Shown here: positions 18,751-27,841 of the stretch, one piece after another
Numbering within the stretch: position 1 is the first letter of the stretch
Layout: each line of letters opens with the position of its first letter
Assembly (NCBI GenBank): GCA_049801375.1
Contig: JBARKJ010000042.1
Location: forward strand, 28,703-92,702
Direction: 5' to 3'
Length of the DNA: 64,000 bases
Source: Nitrospirota bacterium
Lineage (GTDB): Bacteria > Nitrospirota > JACRHJ01
The notes under the pieces: generated by a model
What the model was told of the DNA's origin: nothing
The model's database searches: none
What the model saw: only the letters and a program-made list of their open reading frames with translations
Made by a program: the position numbers and the translations under genes

Positions 18751-19500
18751 CTATGGAAAGTTTACATCCAACTGGGTATTGAAAGTCGGCTGGCCGCCGG
18801 TGGCCTTCCTGTTATAGATGTCGTAGCCTACGATAACCGCCACGTTCTTTGTAAAGTTCCAGGAGACGCCGAAATTCAGCGCGCCGAAAAGGTTGTCGCC
18901 GCCCTGATAGTCAACCGCCATCCAGAGCTTGTCGGAAATCTCGGTCATGGTGCGGTCCCAGGATAGGAGCACGCCGTTATTGTCGGTATTGCCGTACTGG
19001 TTCTTAAGAAGCGCGGCGTTGCCGATGTACCACCCGGCGGATATCCTGCCGACAATCGGGAACGTCCTTGCGGCAAGTGCGTACGAGATGGCGTAGTTCG
19101 TCTTGCTGGAGTATCCCAGGTCGTAAGAGCCTACCGCGAAGGCGGGCTGCCCTTTAAAAAAAGAGTCCTCCGGCGTAGCCAGCTTGGCGTTGAAGAATAC
19201 CGGCCTGTCGTCCGCTGCGGCGCTTAAGCCACGGATGTAGTCCACGCCTATCTCCGCCTGAATCTTGTCGAACGGCAGGACGCCCGCAGTGATGCCCGCA
19301 TCGTAAGCTATAGGCGAGTACGTTCCGTCCGGGTTCTTCTCCGTCCGGATATAGTCGTCGATGTCCAGATGGAGCGTCTTGAACGGCTGAATGTCCGTGG
19401 ATGGTATCCATACCTGCGTGGATGGAGTGGCAAAAGCCGTCCCGGTTAAAGCAGCCATTAACACCCCCGCCAGCATGATACCGATAAACGTCCTTCTCAT
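18751..19500 (-). CDS. Outer-membrane beta-barrel protein (porin-like) embedded in the kdp operon
   Basis: Trimmed to MRRTFIGIMLAGVLMAALTGTAFA, a signal peptide. The RBS aaggagg lies upstream. The body alternates amphipathic beta-strands, is aromatic-rich and ends in F (...QLDVNFP). It lies between kdpC and kdpD. Confidence 0.5.
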   Translation of the reverse strand: MRRTFIGIMLAGVLMAALTGTAFATPSTQVWIPSTDIQPFKTLHLDIDDYIRTEKNPDGTYSPIAYDAGITAGVLPFDKIQAEIGVDYIRGLSAAADDRPVFFNAKLATPEDSFFKGQPAFAVGSYDLGYSSKTNYAISYALAARTFPIVGRISAGWYIGNAALLKNQYGNTDNNGVLLSWDRTMTEISDKLWMAVDYQGGDNLFGALNFGVSWNFTKNVAVIVGYDIYNRKATGGQPTFNTQLDVNFP

Positions 19501-19594
19501 CTTTAGTGCCTCCTTTTCGAAATTCAAAACACCACTTCCATCACCTCTGTGATAAATATCTTGTAACCTGAGATATCCGAGTAAATCCCTTAAG

Positions 19595-20629
19595 CTATTT
19601 CGGCTCTCCGTACATCTTGCACAGTTCGAGGTTGACTTCGAGCACATTGACAAACTTCTCGCCCACTATCCCGCCAAACGCCGCGGAGGCATTCTTCTGG
19701 AGTATAGTTTCAATCTCTTTTTTGACGCCGTCCGGGTTGCGTTTCCCGTCCGCCGCCCACTTGGAAGCTACCCGGTCGAGCTGAAGCTCTGCGTTCTGGA
19801 GCGATATGTGAGGGTCGAGCCCGGAGCCGGAAGCGGTCACCATGTCGCCGGGGACGTCCTGTAAATCTGCATCCGGATGGTCCTGCCGCCACATGTCGAA
19901 AAATATGGACTGGATGTCCGACCCTTCCTTGACCGGCTCGATGCCGGTCACACTCTTCCCGTCAGCTCCCGTGTGGGTAACAGCAGACGGGAACCTGCCG
20001 GGATTCTCCTTCGAGAAAGATTCGAAGAACACTACCGCCAGGTCTGCAGACTTAGGCTTCGGTGTGCCCGGGTTGTCCTTGACGAACTGCGCAACGATGG
20101 CCTGGTGCGCTTTCGCCCAAGTGTCCACGTACGCTCCGTTTTTCGGGTCAGCGCCAACCCAGGCCTGGGCGAGGGAGTTGTGCATGTCCGCCCATTGGGC
20201 GACTATATGCGGGCCGCCCTGGAATATGTCCTTCCGGAACCACTCTTCGATGTCAGGCGCGACAGGCTTTCCGGCCTTGGGGCCGCTTTTGTAGTTAACG
20301 ATAGGCCCGAGCATACGGGCGACCCGGTCGCGCAGGGCGTAGTTTGAAGGAGCCAGGGCCGACGAGGCCGAGGCCGAGGCATCATAAGACGCAGCGGACG
20401 GGCGCGGCTGGAAGTATTCGTCCTTTGTAAACGGCTGCGCAATAAGCTTTGAGCCGACCACTTTGCCGTCCGGCCCCTTCAGCATGCTTCCGTTGGCCTG
20501 GAACGGGAAAATGGTCTGCCCGACCGCCCACACCGCCAGCGGATAGATGCAGCAGCAGATGAACACTGCCAGCGCGAGAAGAAGAATACTTTTAGAAAGA
20601 TATTTTAACATACTATTTCTCCGGAACAT
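19595..20629 (-). CDS. kdpC: Potassium-transporting ATPase subunit KdpC, long form with an insertion of about 150 aa
   Basis: Start at MFRRNSMLKYL, 3 nt after the kdpB stop. An alternative ATG lies at 20611. N-terminal KdpC homology runs through YPLAVWAVGQTIFPFQANGSML...KLIAQPF...RPSAA. The C-terminal motif is VTASGSGLDPHIS...VNVLEVNLEL. The two are separated by an extra 150 aa or so that canonical KdpC lacks. Confidence 0.75.
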   Translation of the reverse strand: MFRRNSMLKYLSKSILLLALAVFICCCIYPLAVWAVGQTIFPFQANGSMLKGPDGKVVGSKLIAQPFTKDEYFQPRPSAASYDASASASSALAPSNYALRDRVARMLGPIVNYKSGPKAGKPVAPDIEEWFRKDIFQGGPHIVAQWADMHNSLAQAWVGADPKNGAYVDTWAKAHQAIVAQFVKDNPGTPKPKSADLAVVFFESFSKENPGRFPSAVTHTGADGKSVTGIEPVKEGSDIQSIFFDMWRQDHPDADLQDVPGDMVTASGSGLDPHISLQNAELQLDRVASKWAADGKRNPDGVKKEIETILQKNASAAFGGIVGEKFVNVLEVNLELCKMYGEPK

Positions 20630-20634
20630 TTTAG

Positions 20635-22776
20635 TTAGCTGACCAGATGCAGGCCCACCATGACCATGTCTATCACCTTTATGCCTATAAAGGGTACAAC
20701 CACGCCTCCAAGTCCCCATACCAGCAGGTTCCTCCTTAACAGCGCGTCCGCGCCGAGCGCCTGGTAGCGCACTCCTTTTAAGGCGACCGGGATGAGCATT
20801 GGGATGATGATCGCGTTGAAAATCACCGCGGACAGGATGGCGGAGGTCGGGGAGTGCAGGTTCATGACGTCGACCGCCTTCAGCCACGGCAGGGTCCCGG
20901 CAAAAAGCGCCGGTATGATCGCGAAGTATTTCGCCACATCGTTGGCTATCGAGAAGGTGGTCAGGGAGCCGCGGGTCATAAGAAGCTGCTTGCCGATTTC
21001 CACGACCTCGATCAGCTTGGTCGGGTCGCTGTCCAGGTCCACCATGTTGGCAGCCTCCTTGGCCGCCTGCGTTCCCGCGTTCATGGCAAGGGCCACGTCG
21101 GCCTGCGCCAGGGCGGGAGCATCATTGGTGCCGTCTCCCATCATGGCCACCAGCTTGCCCTCGGCTTGTTCCTTGCGTATGTAAGCGAGCTTGGTCTCAG
21201 GCGTGGCCTGGGCGATGAAGTCGTCCACCCCGGCCTTCTCGGCAATGGTAGCAGCCGTGAGCGGGTTATCCCCGGTTATCATGACGGTCTTCAGGCCCAT
21301 CTTCCTGAGCCGCTCGAACCGTGCACGCATATGCGGTTTAAGGATGTCTTCCAGCACTACGACACCCGCGACGCTGGACCCGTCGGCCACAACCAGGGGG
21401 GTTGCGCCCTTGGATGCGACGGAATTAACTAATTCGACGAGCCCTTCCGGTATGCTGCCATTATTGCCTTCCACGTACTTTATAATGGAATCTGAGGCCC
21501 CTTTGCGAACCTGCCGGCCGCCGGCAAGGTCGATGCCGCTCATGCGGGTCTGCGCAGTAAAGGGCACGAACTGCGCATCCTCCGGCACGCTTATACAGGT
21601 TTTGCTTTCCTTCTCAAAAAGCCTTACGATGCTCTTGCCCTCAGGCGTCAAGTCTGCTGCGGAAGCAAGCGCGGCAAGCTCTCCGACCTCTTCGGCTGAA
21701 AACTTCCCTACCGGCAGGAACTTCGTCGCGTGGCGGTCACCCATGGTAATAGTGCCCGTCTTGTCGAGCAACACGATATCGATATCGCCGGCGAGCTCCA
21801 CGGCCTTGCCGCTTTTGGCTATGATATTGGCCTGCAGAGCGCGGTCCATGCCCGCGATACCGATGGCCGCGAGCAATGCGCCGATGGTTGTGGGAATAAG
21901 GCATACCAGGAGCGCGATAAGAGTCGGTATGTCTGTGCCGAGGCTCTTCAACGGCTCCTGCAGGCCAAGGTAGCCCATCATATACTGCTCGGCGTTCGCG
22001 GCCATGGGCCAGAGCGGGATGACCACTATAAGGAACACGAGCGTAAAGGCCGACAGCACGAGCGTAAGGGCTATCTCGTTGGGTGTCCGCTGGCGGATAG
22101 CGCCTTCGACCAGGGCAATCATCTTGTCCAGGAATGATTCGCCGGCGCCTTGGGTAATGCGTACGACGATCCTGTCGGAAAGCACTACCGTGCCGCCCGT
22201 TACGGCGGAGCGATCGCCGCCCGCCTCGCGGATTACCGGCGCGGACTCGCCTGTTATCGCAGACTCGTTGACAGAGGCGACGCCTTCAATAATGTCTCCG
22301 TCGCCCGGGATGGTCTGCCCCGCCTCGACGACGACGACGTCTCCCTGCTTCAAAACCGCCGAAGATACCTCTTCTATTGCTCCGCCGTTCTTCCGGCGAA
22401 AAGCCACCGTGTCATGACGGGCCTGTCTCAGCGAGTCGGCCTGCGCCTTGCCGCGTGCCTCGGCCAGGGACGTGGCGAAATTAGCGAACAACACGGTCAG
22501 GAAAAGCCATGCGTCAAGCGTTATAAAATAGCTTACAGGCGCCTGGCTCGTCGAGCCGCTTACCGCGGCCTTCACTATATACAGCAAGGTCAGGATGGCG
22601 CCGATCTCCACGACGAACATAACAGGGTTATTCCACTGGAGGTCCGGCCTAAGCATGACGAAAGCGCGCTTCAGCGCCGACTTCGCCGTCCCGGCGTCCA
22701 GCAGCTTTATCTGCCGTGTGCGGCGCGTTGGCTGCGGCGGTCCTGAAAATAAATCAGCCGTATTTGGCTCAATCAT
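20635..22776 (-). CDS. kdpB: Potassium-transporting P-type ATPase subunit KdpB
   Basis: 713 aa. It has [14 protein letters not shown] and [19 protein letters not shown]. Confidence 0.9.
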   Translation of the reverse strand: MIEPNTADLFSGPPQPTRRTRQIKLLDAGTAKSALKRAFVMLRPDLQWNNPVMFVVEIGAILTLLYIVKAAVSGSTSQAPVSYFITLDAWLFLTVLFANFATSLAEARGKAQADSLRQARHDTVAFRRKNGGAIEEVSSAVLKQGDVVVVEAGQTIPGDGDIIEGVASVNESAITGESAPVIREAGGDRSAVTGGTVVLSDRIVVRITQGAGESFLDKMIALVEGAIRQRTPNEIALTLVLSAFTLVFLIVVIPLWPMAANAEQYMMGYLGLQEPLKSLGTDIPTLIALLVCLIPTTIGALLAAIGIAGMDRALQANIIAKSGKAVELAGDIDIVLLDKTGTITMGDRHATKFLPVGKFSAEEVGELAALASAADLTPEGKSIVRLFEKESKTCISVPEDAQFVPFTAQTRMSGIDLAGGRQVRKGASDSIIKYVEGNNGSIPEGLVELVNSVASKGATPLVVADGSSVAGVVVLEDILKPHMRARFERLRKMGLKTVMITGDNPLTAATIAEKAGVDDFIAQATPETKLAYIRKEQAEGKLVAMMGDGTNDAPALAQADVALAMNAGTQAAKEAANMVDLDSDPTKLIEVVEIGKQLLMTRGSLTTFSIANDVAKYFAIIPALFAGTLPWLKAVDVMNLHSPTSAILSAVIFNAIIIPMLIPVALKGVRYQALGADALLRRNLLVWGLGGVVVPFIGIKVIDMVMVGLHLVS

Positions 22777-22849
22777 ATCGCACTCCTTTTTGCACTTTTA
22801 TTTATTAAAAGGATCTTGCTATAAAATTCAAAAACATATCGACTCTCCA

Positions 22850-24679
22850 TTAGCCCCCGAACGGGATCGGGCCCAGATGTTCGGCTATGGGGCCCAGTAC
22901 TGCGACCGGCAGGAAGAGCAGAGCGCCGATTATGAGGGTCGTCCCCAGGATCAGGAACCCGAATGTAGGGCTGTCGTCGCGCAAGGTCCCCGGTCCGAAC
23001 GGTGCCTGCTTCTTTGAACCGAGGTATGCCGCCATTGCCAAGGGCGCGATAATCGGGAGAAAACGGCTGAATATTATAACCAGGCCCGTTGCGATGTCCC
23101 AGGGGATAGCTTCAGGCGAGGGAGTCAGGTTGTTATAGAAACCGTAAGTAACCCCCAGTCCGTCGAAGGCCGAGCCGTTATTGGCGGAGGCAGAAGAGAA
23201 CTGATAAAGCATTTGCGAGAAACCGTGCGCACCTGGGTTGCTCACGGCCTTTTGTCCCCAGTCCGTCGCGGCGAAAAGTCCCGTGGGAAGGAGTATCATC
23301 ATAGGGTGTACCAGCAGTGCGAGCACCGCCAGCTTCACCTCGCGGGCTCCGATCTTTTTGCCCAGATACTCGGGCGTCCTGCCCACCATCTGACCGGCCA
23401 GGAATATCGCGATTATTATATACAGCAGCATGTTTATCATACCGACGCCCTTGCCGCCGAAGATGTTATTAAGCCACATCCCCGTCATGGGCGCCAGTGC
23501 GGCAACCGGGTTCAGGCTGTCCGCCTCGGCGTTTACAGCCCCGCACGTCACGTCCGTCGTAACCGCCGCGTAGGTGGCGCCAGCCGAAGTGCCGAAGCGC
23601 ATCTCCTTGCCTTCGAGGTTGCCCGTATGCTGGTCCACCGGCAGGCCCGCGACCGCAGGCAGGGTTACCACGCGCTTTCCGCCTGGAGCCGTCTTGCTTG
23701 GGACGTAATAGGTCCTTGCCGCGGGGTGAGCCGTCAGGCCGGGGTTTGGCTTCAGGGTGTCGAAATAGACAGACCATACTATGGTAGCTGCCATCAGCGA
23801 CAGCATGACGGCAAAGATGACGTAGCCATGCCGGGGCCGCCCGAGCATCCGTCCGTACATCATCACGAGCGCGAACGGGAATATCATCATGGAGAGGGTG
23901 TTTACGAAGTTGGAGGCCGCGGTCGGGTTTTCATACGGGTGAGCCGAGTTCATGCCGTAGAACCCGCCCCCGTTGGTGCCGAGCATCTTTATCGACTCGA
24001 ATGCCGCGACCGGCCCGACCACGATCTTCTGCTTCTTGACCTCGCCTTTGTCCGTGGTCCCCATGGCCGCGGGTTCGAGCGTCGAGACTTCATGGTAGCT
24101 CTTGAAGGTCATCGGGCTGCCCTGGGCAACAAAAAACAGGGCGACGGCAAAAGCCGCCGGCACGAACATATATACCAGCACGCGCCACATGTCCACGAAG
24201 AAGTTACCGATAGTGGATGAGCCGCGTAAGGCCCGGATGATCGCCGTGAGAGCGCACAGGCCTATCGCGGCCGACACAAACAAATTAAATATGCCGAAGA
24301 ATATCTGGCTGAAGTTCGACAGGTGCTGGTCTCCGGAGTAGTGCTGGAGGTCTGTGTTCGTCATGAATGATGCTACGCTATGGAATATAGTGCTCGGTGC
24401 CAGTATAGTCTTCGCGTCGGGGTTAAGCGGCATCCATGGCTGGAGCGACAGCACTATATAGCCGAATACGAACATTAGCGTATTGAAAAGGAGCAACGAG
24501 CCAGCATACTGCTTCCAGTTCTGAGGCCCGCTGTTAAGGCGCCTCTCAAACCAGCCAAATACCGGAATGGGTCGGTACTTTCCGTCCATTATCCAGGCCA
24601 GATACCGGCTCAACGGGAACGCAATCAAGGTCGCCGCGACGAGAAGGCCAATAGGGATAAACCATGTTTGCATGAACAT
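22850..24679 (-). CDS. kdpA: Potassium-transporting ATPase subunit KdpA
   Basis: 609 aa polytopic membrane protein with the KdpA selectivity-filter-like repeats (NTDLQHYSG, TNGGGFYGMNSAHPYENP, ASANNGSAFDG). Confidence 0.9.
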   Translation of the reverse strand: MFMQTWFIPIGLLVAATLIAFPLSRYLAWIMDGKYRPIPVFGWFERRLNSGPQNWKQYAGSLLLFNTLMFVFGYIVLSLQPWMPLNPDAKTILAPSTIFHSVASFMTNTDLQHYSGDQHLSNFSQIFFGIFNLFVSAAIGLCALTAIIRALRGSSTIGNFFVDMWRVLVYMFVPAAFAVALFFVAQGSPMTFKSYHEVSTLEPAAMGTTDKGEVKKQKIVVGPVAAFESIKMLGTNGGGFYGMNSAHPYENPTAASNFVNTLSMMIFPFALVMMYGRMLGRPRHGYVIFAVMLSLMAATIVWSVYFDTLKPNPGLTAHPAARTYYVPSKTAPGGKRVVTLPAVAGLPVDQHTGNLEGKEMRFGTSAGATYAAVTTDVTCGAVNAEADSLNPVAALAPMTGMWLNNIFGGKGVGMINMLLYIIIAIFLAGQMVGRTPEYLGKKIGAREVKLAVLALLVHPMMILLPTGLFAATDWGQKAVSNPGAHGFSQMLYQFSSASANNGSAFDGLGVTYGFYNNLTPSPEAIPWDIATGLVIIFSRFLPIIAPLAMAAYLGSKKQAPFGPGTLRDDSPTFGFLILGTTLIIGALLFLPVAVLGPIAEHLGPIPFGG

Positions 24680-24701
24680 TTTGTTTTAAGCTCCTTTTTC
24701 T

Positions 24702-24782
24702 TTAGAACCACTCAGGCCGTATCAGGGCCGTGACCAGATAAACAAATATAAAGGCCGTTACGGCCACAGTCAGATAAATCAT
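24702..24782 (-). CDS. kdpF: KdpF, the small hydrophobic subunit of the Kdp complex
   Basis: Reverse-strand ORF ATG...TAA encoding MIYLTVAVTAFIFVYLVTALIRPEWF (26 aa). It ends 20 nt before the kdpA start. Size and hydrophobicity match KdpF. Confidence 0.6.
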   Translation of the reverse strand: MIYLTVAVTAFIFVYLVTALIRPEWF

Positions 24783-25260
24783 TAGCTTACCCCCTTTAAA
24801 TTTTCTCGCAGCCCACCAGGAACAGGGCACACAACCCCATCCCCACCAGGCCCAAAAGGAACATTGCCGGAAGCCAAAATAAAAGATTCATTGCAAATCC
24901 TCCGTTTTACGACAATAAAGTGCTGTTTTAATAATTAAAGAGTATAGCTTGCGGTATGTCAAATTGGTGTCAATAAACCAGGAAAGGATATCAAGATTTT
25001 ATCAATTTTTACTTTGTCTCCCGGAATTAGTTAAATTTGGATAGAGAATTAGGGTATCCACCCACCCCCGCATCATCTAACGCACCAACAAGGCTCTAAG
25101 TTGTTGATTTCGTGTAGCTGCAATAGGCTAACACTGCATGAATGTGTCATTATATGCAATTCGATTTGGCGTTATCCGGGTATGATGCATAGTAAAGGTA
25201 GTCTGAAGGGCTACGGTTTTACAAGCCGTAGGTTGTGGGTTCGATCTCCTCCCCCACCAT

Positions 25261-27816
25261 TTAATTCAACCCGTATTTTCCGGCAAGAAAATCAGCAGTG
25301 TACCGATTTACCAGTTCGTCGGAGTGCAACATGGCATCGAGCTGTCTGGTGTAAGATATTAGCCTGCCGAGCTGGTCGAGCAATTCCTGAACCCTGTCCT
25401 GGCTTATATTAGAGAGCCTGGCGACCAGAAGGTCTCCCTTTATGTTAAGGCCGAACCCGTGCTCCTTTAAAACTTCGGCTATGAAGTTCACCCTTCTTGA
25501 GCGCTTCACGATATCGGTGGCGCCTCCGACGAACCTGAAGTAAATGTGGTTATTCCGCGCTTTTTCGCTGCAGTAGCAGTCAATCATGTTGAAGTGATAG
25601 CCGAACCGCAGGTTCAAACTTACATATTCTCTCGAAACCACGGCCAGATTGTATCCTACGTAACTTTCCGCATCGTTCCTGATATCGGGCATACGGACCA
25701 TGCTTGAAAGAAAATCCCTGACATTCAGCGAGACTGTTTCCGAATGCCACACGCCGGGATAGGTCATACCCTTTAATATACTCGCAAGGGGCAGGGACGA
25801 CACCTGCTTGATTCCGACTTTATCTTTCTTGTCAAGAAGAGTGAGTCCGCCGCCGATATCGACCACCATCAATGCCGCCGGTATCGGAAGTTCAAGTCTG
25901 ACGGTTGCCTGACTATTTGTATTTACGCCTCTGTGCCTCGCTTCATCGATAAGCTCGGTAACCGATTTCTCGTGCATGAACCTCAGCACATCGTGGATAG
26001 TACGGCATCCTTCCACCGTAAAGTCCTCCATCAGCGGGTCAACAAGATGAAGGGGCGAGATATATCTCAGAATCTGCCTTTTCTTTCGATACTCGCCGAT
26101 GCTCTCCATGCCGAACACGCTTTCCTTGGAGGCCTTTACCAGCTCTTTGATAAACCCTTCATAAACTCTGGCATTGCCTTCGTTATCGATATGCAGGGTT
26201 ACGACCTGGCCTTCCTTTAGTATTTTTGTCGCATTGCCTGCATTGACCAGAGTCGGGATTTTAAATTCACGGCAGACTGAAGCCATGTGGCTGACAGGCG
26301 CGCCCGTATCCGTAATGATGGCGGAAATGTACGGCATGATTTTGACGAATTTCGAGGAGTCGTTCCTGGCGACCAGTACAGCCCCTCTGGGGATATTTTC
26401 GATCTCATCGTCACGGTTTATTATGAAAACCGTCCCTGCGCCCGTACCTCTCTGAACTACAGTTCCCTTGCCTTCCATTATGACAGCGGCTTCGGCGGGT
26501 ATGGAAATATCCTGGTCCCGTTCCCGGCCCTCCTCAAACCGAAGCGGCCTCGCCTGGAGAATATATATAACGCCATCTTTGTCTGCCGCCCATTCAATAT
26601 CCTGCAACCCTCCAAAATGCCTTTCTATTAAAACGGCCTGGGATGCAAGCTCGTATACCTGCTTGTCTGTCAGGCAAGGCGTATTAATTTTATCGGCAGG
26701 CGTGGCCATGACTTCTATTCCGCCGCCGCTTGTAAGCACTGCCATAGAATTCTTTCTGCCGGTCTTCCTATCCGTTATTTTAAAGGCCGAATTCTTATCA
26801 ACAGGTTTTTTTACAATGAACAGGTCTGGCTCCACCGCCCCATCTACCACCGAGACGCCGAGCCCCCACGAGGCGTTGATCATTATATCCGCCGCGTCAT
26901 CGGGACTGCCCGAAAATATCACGCCGCTTGAAACCGCATCTATCTGCAGGACGCACCCAACTGCCATCTTCATGCTTCCCGCGTCATGGCCCGTATTCTT
27001 TATATATGCGGCCGCCTCGCTGGAAAACAGACTTGCCATTACCTCCTTCCAGGCCGCTTCTACCGAATTTTTCTCGGCTGGCACGTTCAGGACGGTCTTG
27101 AACTGTCCGGCAAAAGTGAATTCGCCGTCTTCGTCTTCCGCGCTGCTTCTCACCGCGACAAAACATGGGGTCTTAAGACCCAATTTTAAAATTTCAAGCG
27201 CGTTGCCTATATCATCCGAGACTGCCGGAGGGATTTCCCCATTTATGACCTTCGCGCGCAGCCTGTCGAGCTGTTCATCCTCCAAAGAGCCCGCGCCGGC
27301 CAAGCCTTCTATTATCCGTCCGAGGTTGTTGTGCTCTATGAATATTTCGTAGGCGTGGGTCGTTATGGCGAAGGCGGGCGGGATGTTCAGTTTCAGATGG
27401 TTTTTCATTTCCGCGAGGTTCAGATTCTTGCCGCCTACCTCGTGCGCCATGTCCCAGCCTATATCATCGTATGATACGACAGCCTTCCCGAAAATGACCG
27501 CCGTGTCTTTTATAGCCGCATTTATCCGGGAGTCTATGCCGTCAAAAGTTTCCTGGAGACGTGAATACTTTTTCTGGGTGAGCGTGTCGAATTTTTGAAT
27601 TGACGTGCCTACGGCACTATTGAGTTTGCGATAGGCCGACTTGATGTAAATTATGTCGAACAGGTAGTCTCCGCCGAGTTTCTCACCCAGGTCGGTGATG
27701 ATATCGAGGGCCCTGTTGTTGCTGTCTATGATTTCTTTAAAAAGTTTGAACAGGTCCTGCCATGGAGTTTTCTTCCCGTTAAACTTTTCAGTTAAAAAAC
27801 TTTTAAGGTTAAACAT
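25261..27816 (-). CDS. PEP-utilizing enzyme family protein (PPDK_N ATP-grasp + phospho-His swivel domain, non-canonical C-terminal domain)
   Basis: 851 aa. The pyruvate phosphate dikinase/PEP synthase N-terminal ATP-binding region reads FVAVRSSAEDEDG. The mobile His domain reads VLVARNDSS...IITDTGAPVSHMASVCREFKIPTLV. The C-terminal 300 aa or so is not a recognisable PEP/pyruvate TIM barrel. Confidence 0.7.
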   Translation of the reverse strand: MFNLKSFLTEKFNGKKTPWQDLFKLFKEIIDSNNRALDIITDLGEKLGGDYLFDIIYIKSAYRKLNSAVGTSIQKFDTLTQKKYSRLQETFDGIDSRINAAIKDTAVIFGKAVVSYDDIGWDMAHEVGGKNLNLAEMKNHLKLNIPPAFAITTHAYEIFIEHNNLGRIIEGLAGAGSLEDEQLDRLRAKVINGEIPPAVSDDIGNALEILKLGLKTPCFVAVRSSAEDEDGEFTFAGQFKTVLNVPAEKNSVEAAWKEVMASLFSSEAAAYIKNTGHDAGSMKMAVGCVLQIDAVSSGVIFSGSPDDAADIMINASWGLGVSVVDGAVEPDLFIVKKPVDKNSAFKITDRKTGRKNSMAVLTSGGGIEVMATPADKINTPCLTDKQVYELASQAVLIERHFGGLQDIEWAADKDGVIYILQARPLRFEEGRERDQDISIPAEAAVIMEGKGTVVQRGTGAGTVFIINRDDEIENIPRGAVLVARNDSSKFVKIMPYISAIITDTGAPVSHMASVCREFKIPTLVNAGNATKILKEGQVVTLHIDNEGNARVYEGFIKELVKASKESVFGMESIGEYRKKRQILRYISPLHLVDPLMEDFTVEGCRTIHDVLRFMHEKSVTELIDEARHRGVNTNSQATVRLELPIPAALMVVDIGGGLTLLDKKDKVGIKQVSSLPLASILKGMTYPGVWHSETVSLNVRDFLSSMVRMPDIRNDAESYVGYNLAVVSREYVSLNLRFGYHFNMIDCYCSEKARNNHIYFRFVGGATDIVKRSRRVNFIAEVLKEHGFGLNIKGDLLVARLSNISQDRVQELLDQLGRLISYTRQLDAMLHSDELVNRYTADFLAGKYGLN

Positions 27817-27841
27817 GGATTGCTCCGGGGTCCCTTTTCAA

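Noticed and set aside
23213-24220. 335-aa + strand ORF
   Set aside because: It lies antisense inside kdpA. It is His/Arg-rich and has no domain-like pattern.
25195-25259. Call as an intact tRNA gene or tmRNA 3' end
   Set aside because: No acceptor-stem partner or D-arm could be found within 100 nt upstream. No tmRNA-like 5' GGGG.. acceptor or resume codon region was seen within 400 nt. It is kept only as a remnant-like finding.
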